This document shows, piece by piece, positions 11,090-20,905 of a stretch of 64,000 nt of DNA. The position numbers and the translations under genes are program-made. This stretch comes from Malacoraja senta. Its lineage: Eukaryota. Under the pieces are notes generated by a model, which saw only the letters and a list, made by a program, of their open reading frames with translations, searched no databases and had not been told where the DNA came from. The stretch spans positions 27,034,001 to 27,098,000 of the forward strand of contig CM075987.1 in NCBI GenBank assembly GCA_038087875.1, given 5' to 3'. The first letter of the stretch is position 1; every line of letters begins with the position of its first letter.

Positions 11090-11935
11090 TTCAGACTCAG
11101 AGTCAGGGGAGAGGGAAACGAGAGAGACATATGATGCGATATAGGACAAGATATGGAAACAAATAACAATGATAAAGGCAACAGGCCATTGTTAGCTGTG
11201 ATGTTTAAGAAAGAACTGCAGATGCTGGAAATATCGAAGGTAGACAAAAATGCTGGAGAAACTCAGCGGGTGAGGCAGCATGTATGGAGCGAAGGAATAG
11301 GTGACGTTTCGGGTCGAGACCCTTCTTCAGACCCTTGTTAGCTGTGAGCTAAGTGGAAACGAGTTACAAGCAATGAGGCTCAACAAGACAACTTTGAAGC
11401 TGGTACAACAACTTGGGTGGGGGGGGGGACAGAGAGAGAGGGCATGCAGGGGTTACTTGAAGTTAGAGAAATCAATATTCATACTGCTGGGTTGTGAGCT
11501 GCCCAAGTGAAATATGAGGTGCTGTTCCTCCAATTTGCATTTGGCCTCACACTGACAGTGGAGGAGGCCCAGGACAGAAAGGTCAGTGTAGGAATGGGAA
11601 GGAAAATTAAAGGGTTTGGCAACCGAGAGATCAGGTTGGTTCAGGCGGGCTGAGCGAGGGTGTTTGAGCGAAACAGTTGCCCAGTCTGCGCTTGGTCTCG
11701 CTCATGTATAAGAGTCCACATCTTGTACAATGGATACAGTAGATGAGGTTGGAGGAGGTGCAAGCGAACCTCTGCCTCACCTGAATGGACTGTCGGGGTC
11801 CCTGGACAGAGTCGAGGGGGGAGGTAAAGGGACAGGTGTTGCATCTCTTGTGGTTGCCGGGGAAGGTACTTGGGGAGGGGGTGGTTTGGATTGGAAAAGA
11901 TGAGATAACCAGGGAGTTCCAGAGGGAAGGCAGGC
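11090..11935 (-). mobile_element. Penelope-like element, GIY-YIG endonuclease fragment
   Basis: RCNTC...FACTSSNLIYCIHCTRCGLLYMSETKRRL is a degenerate GIY-YIG motif with the Cys residues typical of Penelope-like elements. Confidence 0.85.
11303..11330 (-). ncRNA. Putative minimal type I hammerhead ribozyme motif (representative; identical at 18375-18402, 45115-45142, 58467-58494)
   Basis: CUGAAGA-A-GGGU(CUCG)ACCC-GAAA-CGUC: CUGANGA box, stem II, GAAA box, NUH triplet. Confidence 0.6.
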
Positions 11936-12107
11936 TATATTTCCTCAAATATCTCCCACTATTTATATAACATTTTACATTTCAAATTAACTTTCCAATC
12001 GACTTACGTCAATAATGACAATTATTCCCCAGTGTGTAAAATTAAGTTAAATAACATCTGACCTGTTTTCTGCAGCTAAGCACAAAGGTAAACATGTCCG
12101 TTCATAA

Positions 12108-12590
12108 GTTTAGTTTAGAGATACAGCGCGGAAACAGGCCCTTCATCCCACTGAGTCCGCGCCGACCAGCGATCCCCGCACACTAGCACTATCCTACACA
12201 CACCAGGGACAATTTACATTTATACCAAGCCAATTAACCTACAAACCTGTACGTCTTTGGAGTGTGGGAGGAAACCGGAGCACCCGGAGAAAACCCTCAC
12301 AGGTCACGGGGACAACGTACAAACTCCTTACAAACAGCACCCGTAGTGAGGATGGAACCTGATCTCTGGCGCTGTTATTGGCCTGTCCCACTTACGCGAC
12401 TCTTCAGGCGACTGCCAGGGACTAGTTGTAATGGAATTCACCTACGACACCTGGCGACAACCTACGACAACATACGCCAACCTACGACAGCAAAAATTGT
12501 CGCCATCGTCGCCGAAAAATGTTTATCATCTTGAAAATATTGCGGCAGTCGCCCGTAGGCCGCAACTCTACCGCTGCGCCACCGTGCCGC
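12108..12590 (-). mobile_element. HE1-type V-SINE interrupted by a partial MITE (12378-12560)
   Basis: SINE halves are colinear on either side of a GGCCTGTCCCACTTACGCGAC-starting insert. Confidence 0.8.
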
Positions 12591-13173
12591 CGAAAGACAG
12601 GGTGAAATATTTATCAGTGCTCTCAAATGAATTGAGGAATGCAAGAATAAAGGTCAGGTCTGCCAACTAATAAAGGAAAGGTCTTGAGATTTAAACAATC
12701 ATCGAGGCACATCAGCACATCCGGATCAGCTCACCGTGAACCTTTTACTGCCTTTGGTAACCAGCAAACAATCGCGTTGACCTTTTAAACCATGAAGAAA
12801 TTCCAGGGCTACTTATGATTTTTTTACGACAGCAAACACTCTGAATCTCAGTCAAATTTCAGGAACACGACGGCACAGCGGTAAAGTTGCTGCCTCACAG
12901 CGCCAGAGACCCGGGTTCGATCCCAATTACGGGTGCTGTCTGTACGGAGTTTTACGTTCTCCCCGTGACCTGCGTGGGTTTTCTACGGGTGCTCCGGTTT
13001 CCTCCCACACTCCAAAGACGTGCAGGTTTGTTGGTTAATTGGCTGAGTTACTCCAGCATTTTGTGTCTATGTATGACCCGCTGAGTTACTCCAGCATTTT
13101 GTGTCTATCTATGACCCGCTAAGTTACTTCAGCATCTGCAGCTCCTTCCTACACCCTAAATGAATATTGCCTT

Positions 13174-13400
13174 TATCGAATTATTCTTATAATGAGGCTC
13201 GTACAACGACGTAATCGGAGTCTGTCTTTATTTAGCAACTCACTACAGCAGCAGCCTCGTGCTGCATCCCCGGGCCCTGCTGCTAGGCCTCTCCCCGGTT
13301 ACGCCCACAGCCCCACCTTCAGGCCGGATGCCGTCACTGCAGCCTGACCACTGGCAGCAGAATAAAGGCATTCCTTACTCTATTATTCCATAATACCACA
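13174..13400 (-). repeat. 3' LTR (227 bp)
   Basis: Differs from 17545-17770 by one substitution and one 1-bp indel. Confidence 0.97.
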
Positions 13401-13413
13401 TCTCCCTTTCTTT
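13401..13413 (-). promoter_or_regulatory. Polypurine tract
   Basis: AAAGAAAGGGAGA abuts the TGTGG start of the 3' LTR on the minus strand. Confidence 0.92.
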
Positions 13414-13511
13414 GAGAACAAAGGGTGGACTACCTTTGTCTCTGCAGGTCTTAAGGGGTTTATTCTGCCCTTTTGCTGAAAGACCTGTCCCTGATCAAAT
13501 AAATCAATAAA

Positions 13512-16500
13512 TCACCAATCAAGTCTCTGCGGCTTTCTAACCTCTCTCCCACACCTGGTCCGCACAGGCTCTGTGGTGGGGCCCTCTCTGCTGGGTGATG
13601 TTGTCACTGGTGGAGCTGGCTCTGGTGTAGGTGAATCTTCTCCCACCGGTGGCTCATCAGCATCGACTACCCCACTGTTGGTCTGCAGCGGCACCAAGTG
13701 ATGCCGGTTCCTCCTCAGTGTGCCCTGAGGCACCTGGACGATATAAGAGCGAGGGGTGTTGTGTGTAGATAGCACTGTGCCCTGGACTCGTGCATCGGTG
13801 ATCCACACATCCTCCCCAGGTACGAGTGGCTCCAGGTTTCTCGCTCCGTGCCTCTTGTCGAAGGATCTTGCGTCGTTCCTCCTCTTCTCCCTTTCTTTGG
13901 CCCCCAGCGCGTTGTAGTCAGGCAAAACTGGATTCAGCAGGGTTGGAAGGGCAGGAACTGTAGTGCGGAGGCGGCGCCCCATCAACAGCTCGGCCGGGCT
14001 ATAGCCGTTCTGTAGAGGGGTTGCTCTGTAGGCCAGCAATGCAAGATATGGGTCTGATGCCTTTGTTAGCAGGTTTTTCACGGTTTGTACAGCGCGTTCC
14101 GCCTCCCCATTGCTCTGAGGAAACTTGGGGCTGCTCGTGATGTGCACAAAGCCATACTCTGCTGCAAAGGCTTTAAAGTGGCTACCTGAGAACTGGGGCC
14201 CATTGTCACTTTTAAGAAATTCCCCAATTCCATGACGACAAAACATGGATTTCAGGTGCACCACCACATCTGTGGACCTTGTGTGTGTCAGCAGCGCAAC
14301 TTCCACATACCTTGAGAAATAATCTACTACTAGTAGATAAGTCTTGTTTTTCAGCGTGAACAGGTCAGCTCCCAAGGTTTGCCAAGGCCTGTCTGGCATC
14401 TCCGTTGGCATCAGCGGCTCTTTGACGTTCCTTCTCTCTTGGATGCAGGTTCTACATTTCAGCACCATGTCATTCAGCTGGCTGCTGAGTCCTGGCCACC
14501 ATACCGTCTGTTTGGCCCGGCCCCTGCACTTTGTCACCCCCAGGTGTCCCTCATGTAGTCTCTGCAGCACATCACCTTGTAAGGCTGTTGGGATGACGAG
14601 TCTCGTGCCCCGCAGCAGCAGCCCATCGTGCACAGTCAGCACTGCTCTATCAGCCCAGTAATGTCTCAGCACTCCCTGCAGTTGGCTTTTGTCGGGCCAC
14701 CCGTCTGTGCAGTACTCCATCAGTGCAGAGCATGTGCTGTCTGCCTTCAGGTGCTCACGTAGGCTGCTCAGATAATCTCCACTGACAGGAATGTTGCTGA
14801 TGACAGAGTCTACATAGATGTTGGTGTCCTCTAATAGGCTTATGTCTGTGTGTGCTCTTGCGGCTCTCAGAGGAGCACGAGATAAGGTGTCGGCTGTCCA
14901 CAGGCTTTTGCCAGGGACATGATTGACTGTATAGTTGTACCTCATGAGTCTCATCCTAAATCTTTGGATTCTTGGTGGGAGGTCATCCAAAGCTTTCCTT
15001 CCCAGCAGACTCACCAACGGCTTATGGTCAGTTTCCAGCTCGAATGGTCTTCCCAGGATGAAACAGCTGAACCTTTCACATGCCCACGTTGCAGCCAATG
15101 CCTCCTTCTCTACTTGAGCATAGCGCTGCTCTGTTGGCGTCATTGACCTGGACGCATATGCCACAGGTGACCACATGGCATCGCTCTTCTGCAGCAGGAC
15201 TGCCCCCAGGCCAAAGGAAGAAGCATCAGCAGAGATCTTTAAAGCACTGTTTGGGTTGTATAATGTGAGCACTGGTGTGGATGACAGCTCTGTTTTTAAC
15301 TGATCAAAGGCGGCCTGCTGCTCTGTCCCCCAGTACCAGTGGTTCTTCTTGGACAGCAGGTCTCGTAGCACTTTGTCTTTTTCAGCCAGGTTAGGCAAGA
15401 AGCGGCCCAGCTGATTGACCATGCCCAGAAAACTCCTGAGTTCGCTGACATTTTTGGGTGCATCCATCTCTTGTACTGCTCTCGTCTTCTCTGGATCTGG
15501 CTTCACTCCATCTGCTGAAATCACATGACCCAGGAATCTGACTGTGTGGCGTGTGAGCTCACATTTGTCCATGTTGAGCATAATGCCGGCCTTTTGTGCC
15601 TTCTTTAGCACCGCATGTAGCCGCACATCATGCTCCTCCTGCGTCTGTCCCCAGACCAGGATGTCGTCCATGTGACACAGTACCCCCTCCAGGCCACCGG
15701 TCACTTCTGTCACCATCATCCTTTGAAAGTGCTCGGGGGCTGATGCTATGCCAAAGGGTAGACGGTTAAAATAGTAGCGCCCATAAGGCGTGATGAAGGT
15801 GGTGTATTTGGCAGACTCTTTTGTCAATGGTACTTGCCAAAAGCCCATGTTGGCATCTAATTTGCTGAAGACTGTTGCGCCAGCTAGCATGCCCAGAGTG
15901 TGCTCGACAGAAGGCAGGATAAACTTTTCTCTGCATACTGATTCATTCATCATTGTGAAATCCACACAAATGCGAACATCACCTGCTTTTTTCGGCACCA
16001 CCACCATCCCGGCACACCAATCAGTCGGCTCCTCAATCTTGGTGATTACGCCCATCTTCTCCATACGGTCTATCTCCTCCTTCACTTTTCCCATAAGCGG
16101 CAGAGGGACTCTGCGTGGTGTGTGGAGAGAGAAGGGCACAGCCTCTGGCTTTAATTTAATTGAGTATGGCCTCAGAACAAGACCCAAGCCGCTACACAGC
16201 TTCGGATATTGTTGTTTCATTGATTCCATGGTGATGCTGTCAACCCTGCACACAAGCTGAAGCTGTTCTATGGCAGGCCTTCCCAACAGTGCAGTGTGCA
16301 GGTCTTTTACTACATAAATGTTCTCTATGGCTGTCTTTTTGCCTCTGCGCAGTGTTTCTCTGGCTACACCTAGGACAGAGAGTGCATTGCCCCCTGGCCC
16401 AAACAACGGGCGTGTCGGCACTGCCAGGCGCTTCACATCATGCCCCCCTGTAATGTCATGGTACACCTCGGCTGGCATGGCGGTGACATCAGCACCAGTG

Positions 16501-17447
16501 TCTATTTTAAAGCACACTTTTTTTTGTCTCACTTGTAGCTGCACCGTCCACGGGTCTTTTCCAGCATCCACGGCTCCCAGGAAAAAGCTCTCCTCTTCCT
16601 CTGTAGTGACAGCATTCAGAGATTTTGCACTGTTTCTGCACACTTTGCCATAATGTCCCTTTTTGCCACAGTTGTGACACACAGCATCTTTAGCAGGGCA
16701 TTCCCATTTTCCATGCGAGGGCATTTTTCCACATCTATAACAGGCCTTTGAACCTGGCTGTGGCCGTATATTAAGTTTATTTTTGCCTGGTGTTTGTGCT
16801 TGTGGCTGAGGCTTTGAGGGAAATTTGGGTTTTCTGTAGCTTTTAGCATGCACAGCATCAACATTTGAGCACTTGCTAGCACCGCCATTTTCTCCTCTTA
16901 AGTCAGACCGCTGTCGTCTAACTTCTTCAGACTGCCTTGTCTTTGTTATCGCAGTTCCAAGGGTTAGGTCTCTGTCTAGCTGTAGCTTTTCTGACAATGA
17001 GACGTTTCTCAGCCCGACCACTAACCTGTCGCGGATCAGCTCGTTCTGTAACTGTCCATAGTTGCAGTGTTCAGCTAATCCGTATAGAGCAGTGATGAAG
17101 GAATCCACCGTTTCTTCTGGCAGTTGCACACGCTGATTGAACTTGGCTCTTTCGTAGATTACATTCTTTTTAGGCACAAAAAATGCATCAAAGCCAGCCT
17201 TAACATCCGTGTACACCTTCCTCTCATCTGCAGTTAGCGTTAGCCCCTTTAGCACATCTTCGGCTTCATCACCCATGCAGTACACTAACGTGTTCACCTG
17301 GTTTTCTTCCGACGTTGCGTTTAAGTTGCTTGCAAGCCGAAAGCGGTCGAATCTCCTGATCCAACGCTCCCATTCTTGAGGCTTGGTAAAATCGAATGGC
17401 TCTGGAGGTTGTATTGTGAACGTAGCAGTTGGTGTAGGTTGCGCCAT
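13512..17447 (-). CDS. Gag-Pol polyprotein (Gag with two zinc knuckles, protease, RT, RNase H, integrase)
   Basis: 1311 aa without stops. CYRCGKMPSHGKWEC and CHNCGKKGHYGKVC knuckles; IDTGAD protease; RLPFG and HMDD RT; ADASSFGLGAVL, EKEALA, TDHKPL RNase H; HEGH..CRTC and ADLF, SDNGPQF, SNGEAER integrase. Order PR-RT-RH-IN is Gypsy. Confidence 0.97.
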   Translation of the reverse strand: MAQPTPTATFTIQPPEPFDFTKPQEWERWIRRFDRFRLASNLNATSEENQVNTLVYCMGDEAEDVLKGLTLTADERKVYTDVKAGFDAFFVPKKNVIYERAKFNQRVQLPEETVDSFITALYGLAEHCNYGQLQNELIRDRLVVGLRNVSLSEKLQLDRDLTLGTAITKTRQSEEVRRQRSDLRGENGGASKCSNVDAVHAKSYRKPKFPSKPQPQAQTPGKNKLNIRPQPGSKACYRCGKMPSHGKWECPAKDAVCHNCGKKGHYGKVCRNSAKSLNAVTTEEEESFFLGAVDAGKDPWTVQLQVRQKKVCFKIDTGADVTAMPAEVYHDITGGHDVKRLAVPTRPLFGPGGNALSVLGVARETLRRGKKTAIENIYVVKDLHTALLGRPAIEQLQLVCRVDSITMESMKQQYPKLCSGLGLVLRPYSIKLKPEAVPFSLHTPRRVPLPLMGKVKEEIDRMEKMGVITKIEEPTDWCAGMVVVPKKAGDVRICVDFTMMNESVCREKFILPSVEHTLGMLAGATVFSKLDANMGFWQVPLTKESAKYTTFITPYGRYYFNRLPFGIASAPEHFQRMMVTEVTGGLEGVLCHMDDILVWGQTQEEHDVRLHAVLKKAQKAGIMLNMDKCELTRHTVRFLGHVISADGVKPDPEKTRAVQEMDAPKNVSELRSFLGMVNQLGRFLPNLAEKDKVLRDLLSKKNHWYWGTEQQAAFDQLKTELSSTPVLTLYNPNSALKISADASSFGLGAVLLQKSDAMWSPVAYASRSMTPTEQRYAQVEKEALAATWACERFSCFILGRPFELETDHKPLVSLLGRKALDDLPPRIQRFRMRLMRYNYTVNHVPGKSLWTADTLSRAPLRAARAHTDISLLEDTNIYVDSVISNIPVSGDYLSSLREHLKADSTCSALMEYCTDGWPDKSQLQGVLRHYWADRAVLTVHDGLLLRGTRLVIPTALQGDVLQRLHEGHLGVTKCRGRAKQTVWWPGLSSQLNDMVLKCRTCIQERRNVKEPLMPTEMPDRPWQTLGADLFTLKNKTYLLVVDYFSRYVEVALLTHTRSTDVVVHLKSMFCRHGIGEFLKSDNGPQFSGSHFKAFAAEYGFVHITSSPKFPQSNGEAERAVQTVKNLLTKASDPYLALLAYRATPLQNGYSPAELLMGRRLRTTVPALPTLLNPVLPDYNALGAKEREKRRNDARSFDKRHGARNLEPLVPGEDVWITDARVQGTVLSTHNTPRSYIVQVPQGTLRRNRHHLVPLQTNSGVVDADEPPVGEDSPTPEPAPPVTTSPSREGPTTEPVRTRCGREVRKPQRLDW

Positions 17448-17526
17448 ATCTGCCAGCTCATCTCACCTTTCTCCGCCAAAACGATACACTTTCCTCTTCT
17501 TCTTTTTTTTTTTTTCGCTTACAAGT

Positions 17527-17544
17527 ATCCCGTTTCTGACACCA
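17527..17544 (-). promoter_or_regulatory. Primer binding site, probably tRNA-Leu
   Basis: TGGTGTCAGAAACGGGAT directly after the 5' LTR. It is 16/18 complementary to the vertebrate tRNA-Leu(CAA) 3' end as I recall it (ATCCCACTTCTGACACCA). Confidence 0.8.
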
Positions 17545-17770
17545 TATCGAATTATTCTTATAATGAGGCTCGTACAACGACGTAATCGGAGTCTGTCTTT
17601 ATTTAGCAACTCACTACAGCAGCTGCCTCGTGCTGCATCCCCGGGCCCTGCTGCTAGGCCTCCCCCGGTTACGCCCACAGCCCCACCTTCAGGCCGGATG
17701 CCGTCACTGCAGCCTGACCACTGGCAGCAGAATAAAGGCATTCCTTACTCTATTATTCCATAATACCACA
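17545..17770 (-). repeat. 5' LTR (226 bp)
   Basis: Direct repeat of 13174-13400. Confidence 0.97.
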
Positions 17771-18269
17771 GCCTTCAGAATCCTCAAATTTAAAACTGGG
17801 ATCGGGAAGAATTACTGACTCAATGCCTGAGTAAGTTTCACTGACATTTATTTCAAAGGCTGTGAGATTCAACTGGAAGGTGTGAGAATGCTTGAATGAA
17901 CAAAATTAGCTTCAGTAAGCCTCCAAGATATTAATAACCAACTTTGCCATGGGAACCATTGAATGAAAGGGTCAAAACTGCAAACCTACTTCATAACATT
18001 GACTGCAGGCAGTTTTTGCCAACTAAAATTTTGTGAGGACATTTCATTAGACGAAATACATGCGTGCTCCTCGAGTAGATTAGCTGACATTCCGAAAATG
18101 CATGCATGGGGTGCAATGTTTAACAAACCAGCTGAGTCCACACTTAATAAGTATCCTGGAACAGCTCACATTTGACATAAATTCTAGGAGCAGAATTAGG
18201 CCATTCGGCTCATCACCTCTACTCCGCCATTCAATCACGGCTGATCTATCTCTCCCTCTCAACCCCATT

Positions 18270-19035
18270 TAGTTTAGGAAGGAACTGCAGATGCTGGTTT
18301 AAATTGAAGTTAGACACAAAATGCTGGAGTATCTCAGGGGGGACGGGCAGCATCTCTGGAGAGAAGGAATGGGTGACGTTTCGGGTCGAGACCCTTCTTC
18401 AGACTGATGTCAGGGGAGTGGGCAGGACAGAGATAGAATGTAGTCGCAGACAGTTCAGGGCCTGTCCCACTTGGTGATTTTTTTCGGCGACTGCCGGCGT
18501 CATATCAGTGTCGCCAAAAGATTTTGAACATTTAGAAACCCAGCGGCGATAAAAAATGTTGCGAAACTTGAAAAAACACCGTGCATCATACGTCATCACG
18601 CTGCGTAACACCGCTGCATCACGCCCCGTATTTTTCGGTGACCTGATACGTCAGTCAATGATGCCCGCAGTCGCCGAAAAACTACAGTGGGACAGGCCCT
18701 TAAGACTGGTGGGAGAACTGGGAAGGGGGAGGGTATGGAGAGTGAGAGGGAAAGCAAGGGCTATTTGAAGTGAGAGAAGTGAATGCTCATACCGCTGGGG
18801 TGCAAGTTGCCCAAGTGAAATATGAGATGCTGTTCCCCCAATTTGCACTGGGCCTCACTCTGACAATGGAGGAGGCCCAGGACAGAAAGGTCGGATTGGG
18901 AATGGGAGGGGGAGTTAAAGTGCTGAGCAACCGGGAGACCAAGTAGGTTAAGGCGGACTGAGCGGAAGTGTTCAGCGAAACGATCGCCGAGCCTGCGCTT
19001 GGTCTCGCCGATATACAGGAGTGTATACCTGTGCT
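18270..19035 (-). mobile_element. Penelope-like 3' fragment interrupted by a MITE
   Basis: Minus strand encodes LLYIGETKRRLGDRFAEH (YIG motif), then the terminal module with hammerhead motif. Confidence 0.8.
18457..18700. mobile_element. MITE, PIF/Harbinger-like
   Basis: TIR AGGGCCTGTCCCACT...AGTGGGACAGGCCCT, followed by TAA. Confidence 0.75.
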
Positions 19036-19606
19036 CACCGTTCTATGGTCTATTCCTGTTTCTATGTAACCCACCAATACAAGAAAACAACAAAAGATGA
19101 AGACACTAAAACAAATTCATGGTCCAAGCTGCAAATAAATTTGACATCCCCCCCCCTCCCCCTTCCTTCAAAATTCCCAGGCTTGTATTGAAATACCATT
19201 AAATTGTCTAATTTCCCTTTGAATGTGGTGGTGTGTAATAACTTGAAGTATTGATGGATGCAGTTGAAATTGACTGGCATTATTCAAAGCACAATTAGAC
19301 TATCTTCCTAAAAATAACATCATTTGCTGAAAGACCTCAGTTCCCAAAACTCTGAATGCGCCAGAAAGTGTACTGAATGTTCACTTCTTGTTCTTATATT
19401 AGAACAATTTCAGTGATATTGAACATTAGATACAGTTAAAAACAGAACACAAACAATGTCAAGATAAGGCACATATTGGATAAGCAGATGTTAGTTTATA
19501 AATAGGAGCTACCGGATTCATATTCTCGTTACTGAAGATCATTTGGGATATATCGATGCTTGGAATAAATAAATCAGTAAATCACACGTTAAGATTACAG
19601 TTTTCC

Positions 19607-20376
19607 ATTCTGGTTTTGGTACCAGTTTTATTTTAATTAATTTTGAAAAAATATCAAATATTTCATACCAGAATTTTTGGATTTTTGTACAAAAAACAAA
19701 AGAATGCGCTATGGTAGCTTCTTGACATAGACATTTATCACAGATTGGTGAAACATTAGGAAAGATTTTATTTAATTTAGTTTTTGAATAATATAGTCTA
19801 TGTAATGTTTTGAATTGGATGAGCGTATGTCGTACGTTGATCGAACATTTATGCACCTGTAGTAAATGGTTATCCCAGCTCTCTTTTGAAATTTTTATAC
19901 CTAATTCTTGTTCCCAGTCTCTTCTAATTCCTTCTGTTGTGGGTATTTCTATGTTTAAAATGATATTATATAAGTACGATATTAGATTAGCTGATTCCGC
20001 CTTTGTCTTCATTGCTTCATCTAGTAAGTCAGAAGGCATATTATGATAGTCTTTTGTGTATTTTTTCAGATAATCACGAATTTGTAGATATTTAAAATAT
20101 TGGTTATTTTTCAAATTATATTTCAGTTGTAGTTGTTGAAATGATAGTAATTTTCCCAATTCATACAGATCTTCGAGCGTTTTGATTCCCATTCTTTCCC
20201 ATTGTATAAATGATATGTCTATGGTTGAAGGTTTAAACGATGGGTTATTAACTATTGGTATTGAGAGAGATAGGTTTCTTAATTTTAGATTCTGTTTTAT
20301 TTGTTTCCATGTTCTAATTGTGCTATATATAATTGGGTTTTTATTATAATTTTTATTATTCAAATTTTTGGATCAT
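19607..20376 (-). mobile_element. L1-clade LINE ORF2 internal fragment (post-RT and CCHC region)
   Basis: ORF 19539..20363: FKYLQIRDY...WEQELG...QFKTLHRLYYS...CDKC...HSFVFC...FW. Flanked by direct repeat TTACAGTTTTCC. Confidence 0.85.
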
Positions 20377-20423
20377 TTACAGTTTTCCTTCTATTGTGAG
20401 CTAGTGACTGGTGGTGATGCTAC

Positions 20424-20905
20424 TTCAGGTTCAGTTCAGTTTAGTTTATTGTCACGTGTACCGAGGTACAGGGAAAAGCTTTCTGTTGCGTGCTAACCAG
20501 TCAGCGGAAAGACAATACATGATTACAATCGAGCCATTCACAGTGTACAGATACATGACAAGGGAATAATGTTTAGTGCAATGTAAATCCCAGCAAAGTC
20601 CAATCAAAGATAGACTGAGAGTCACCAATGAGGTAGATAGTAGTTCAGGACTGCTCTCTGGTTGTGGTAGGATGGTTCAATTGCCTGATAACAGCCGGGA
20701 AGAAACTGTCCCTGAATCTGGAGGTGTGCGTTTTCACACTTCTATACCGTTTGCCTGATGGGAGAGGGGAGAAGGGGGAGTGGCCAGGGAGGTGAGACTG
20801 GTCCTTGATTATGCTGCTGCCGTTGCCGAGGCAGCGTGAGGTGTAGACGGAGTCGATGGAAGGGAGGTTGGTTTGAGTGATGGTCTGGGCTGCGTCCACA
20901 ATTCA
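20424..20905 (-). mobile_element. Rex1/Babar-like LINE 3' end
   Basis: ORF 20645..20899 plus tail. Confidence 0.82.

Larger units (their letters stand above)
13174..17770 (-). mobile_element. Full-length Gypsy/Ty3 LTR retrotransposon (Mag-like organisation), 4597 bp
   Basis: Two LTRs, 5-bp TSD GCCTT (13169-13173, 17771-17775), PBS, PPT and an intact gag-pol ORF. Confidence 0.98.

Noticed and set aside
13414..13511. env or accessory gene in the Gypsy element
   Set aside because: Only about 100 bp lie between the pol stop and the PPT.
14344..17061. Plus-strand ORFs antisense to gag-pol
   Set aside because: Shadow frames of a long ORF with no recognisable motifs.
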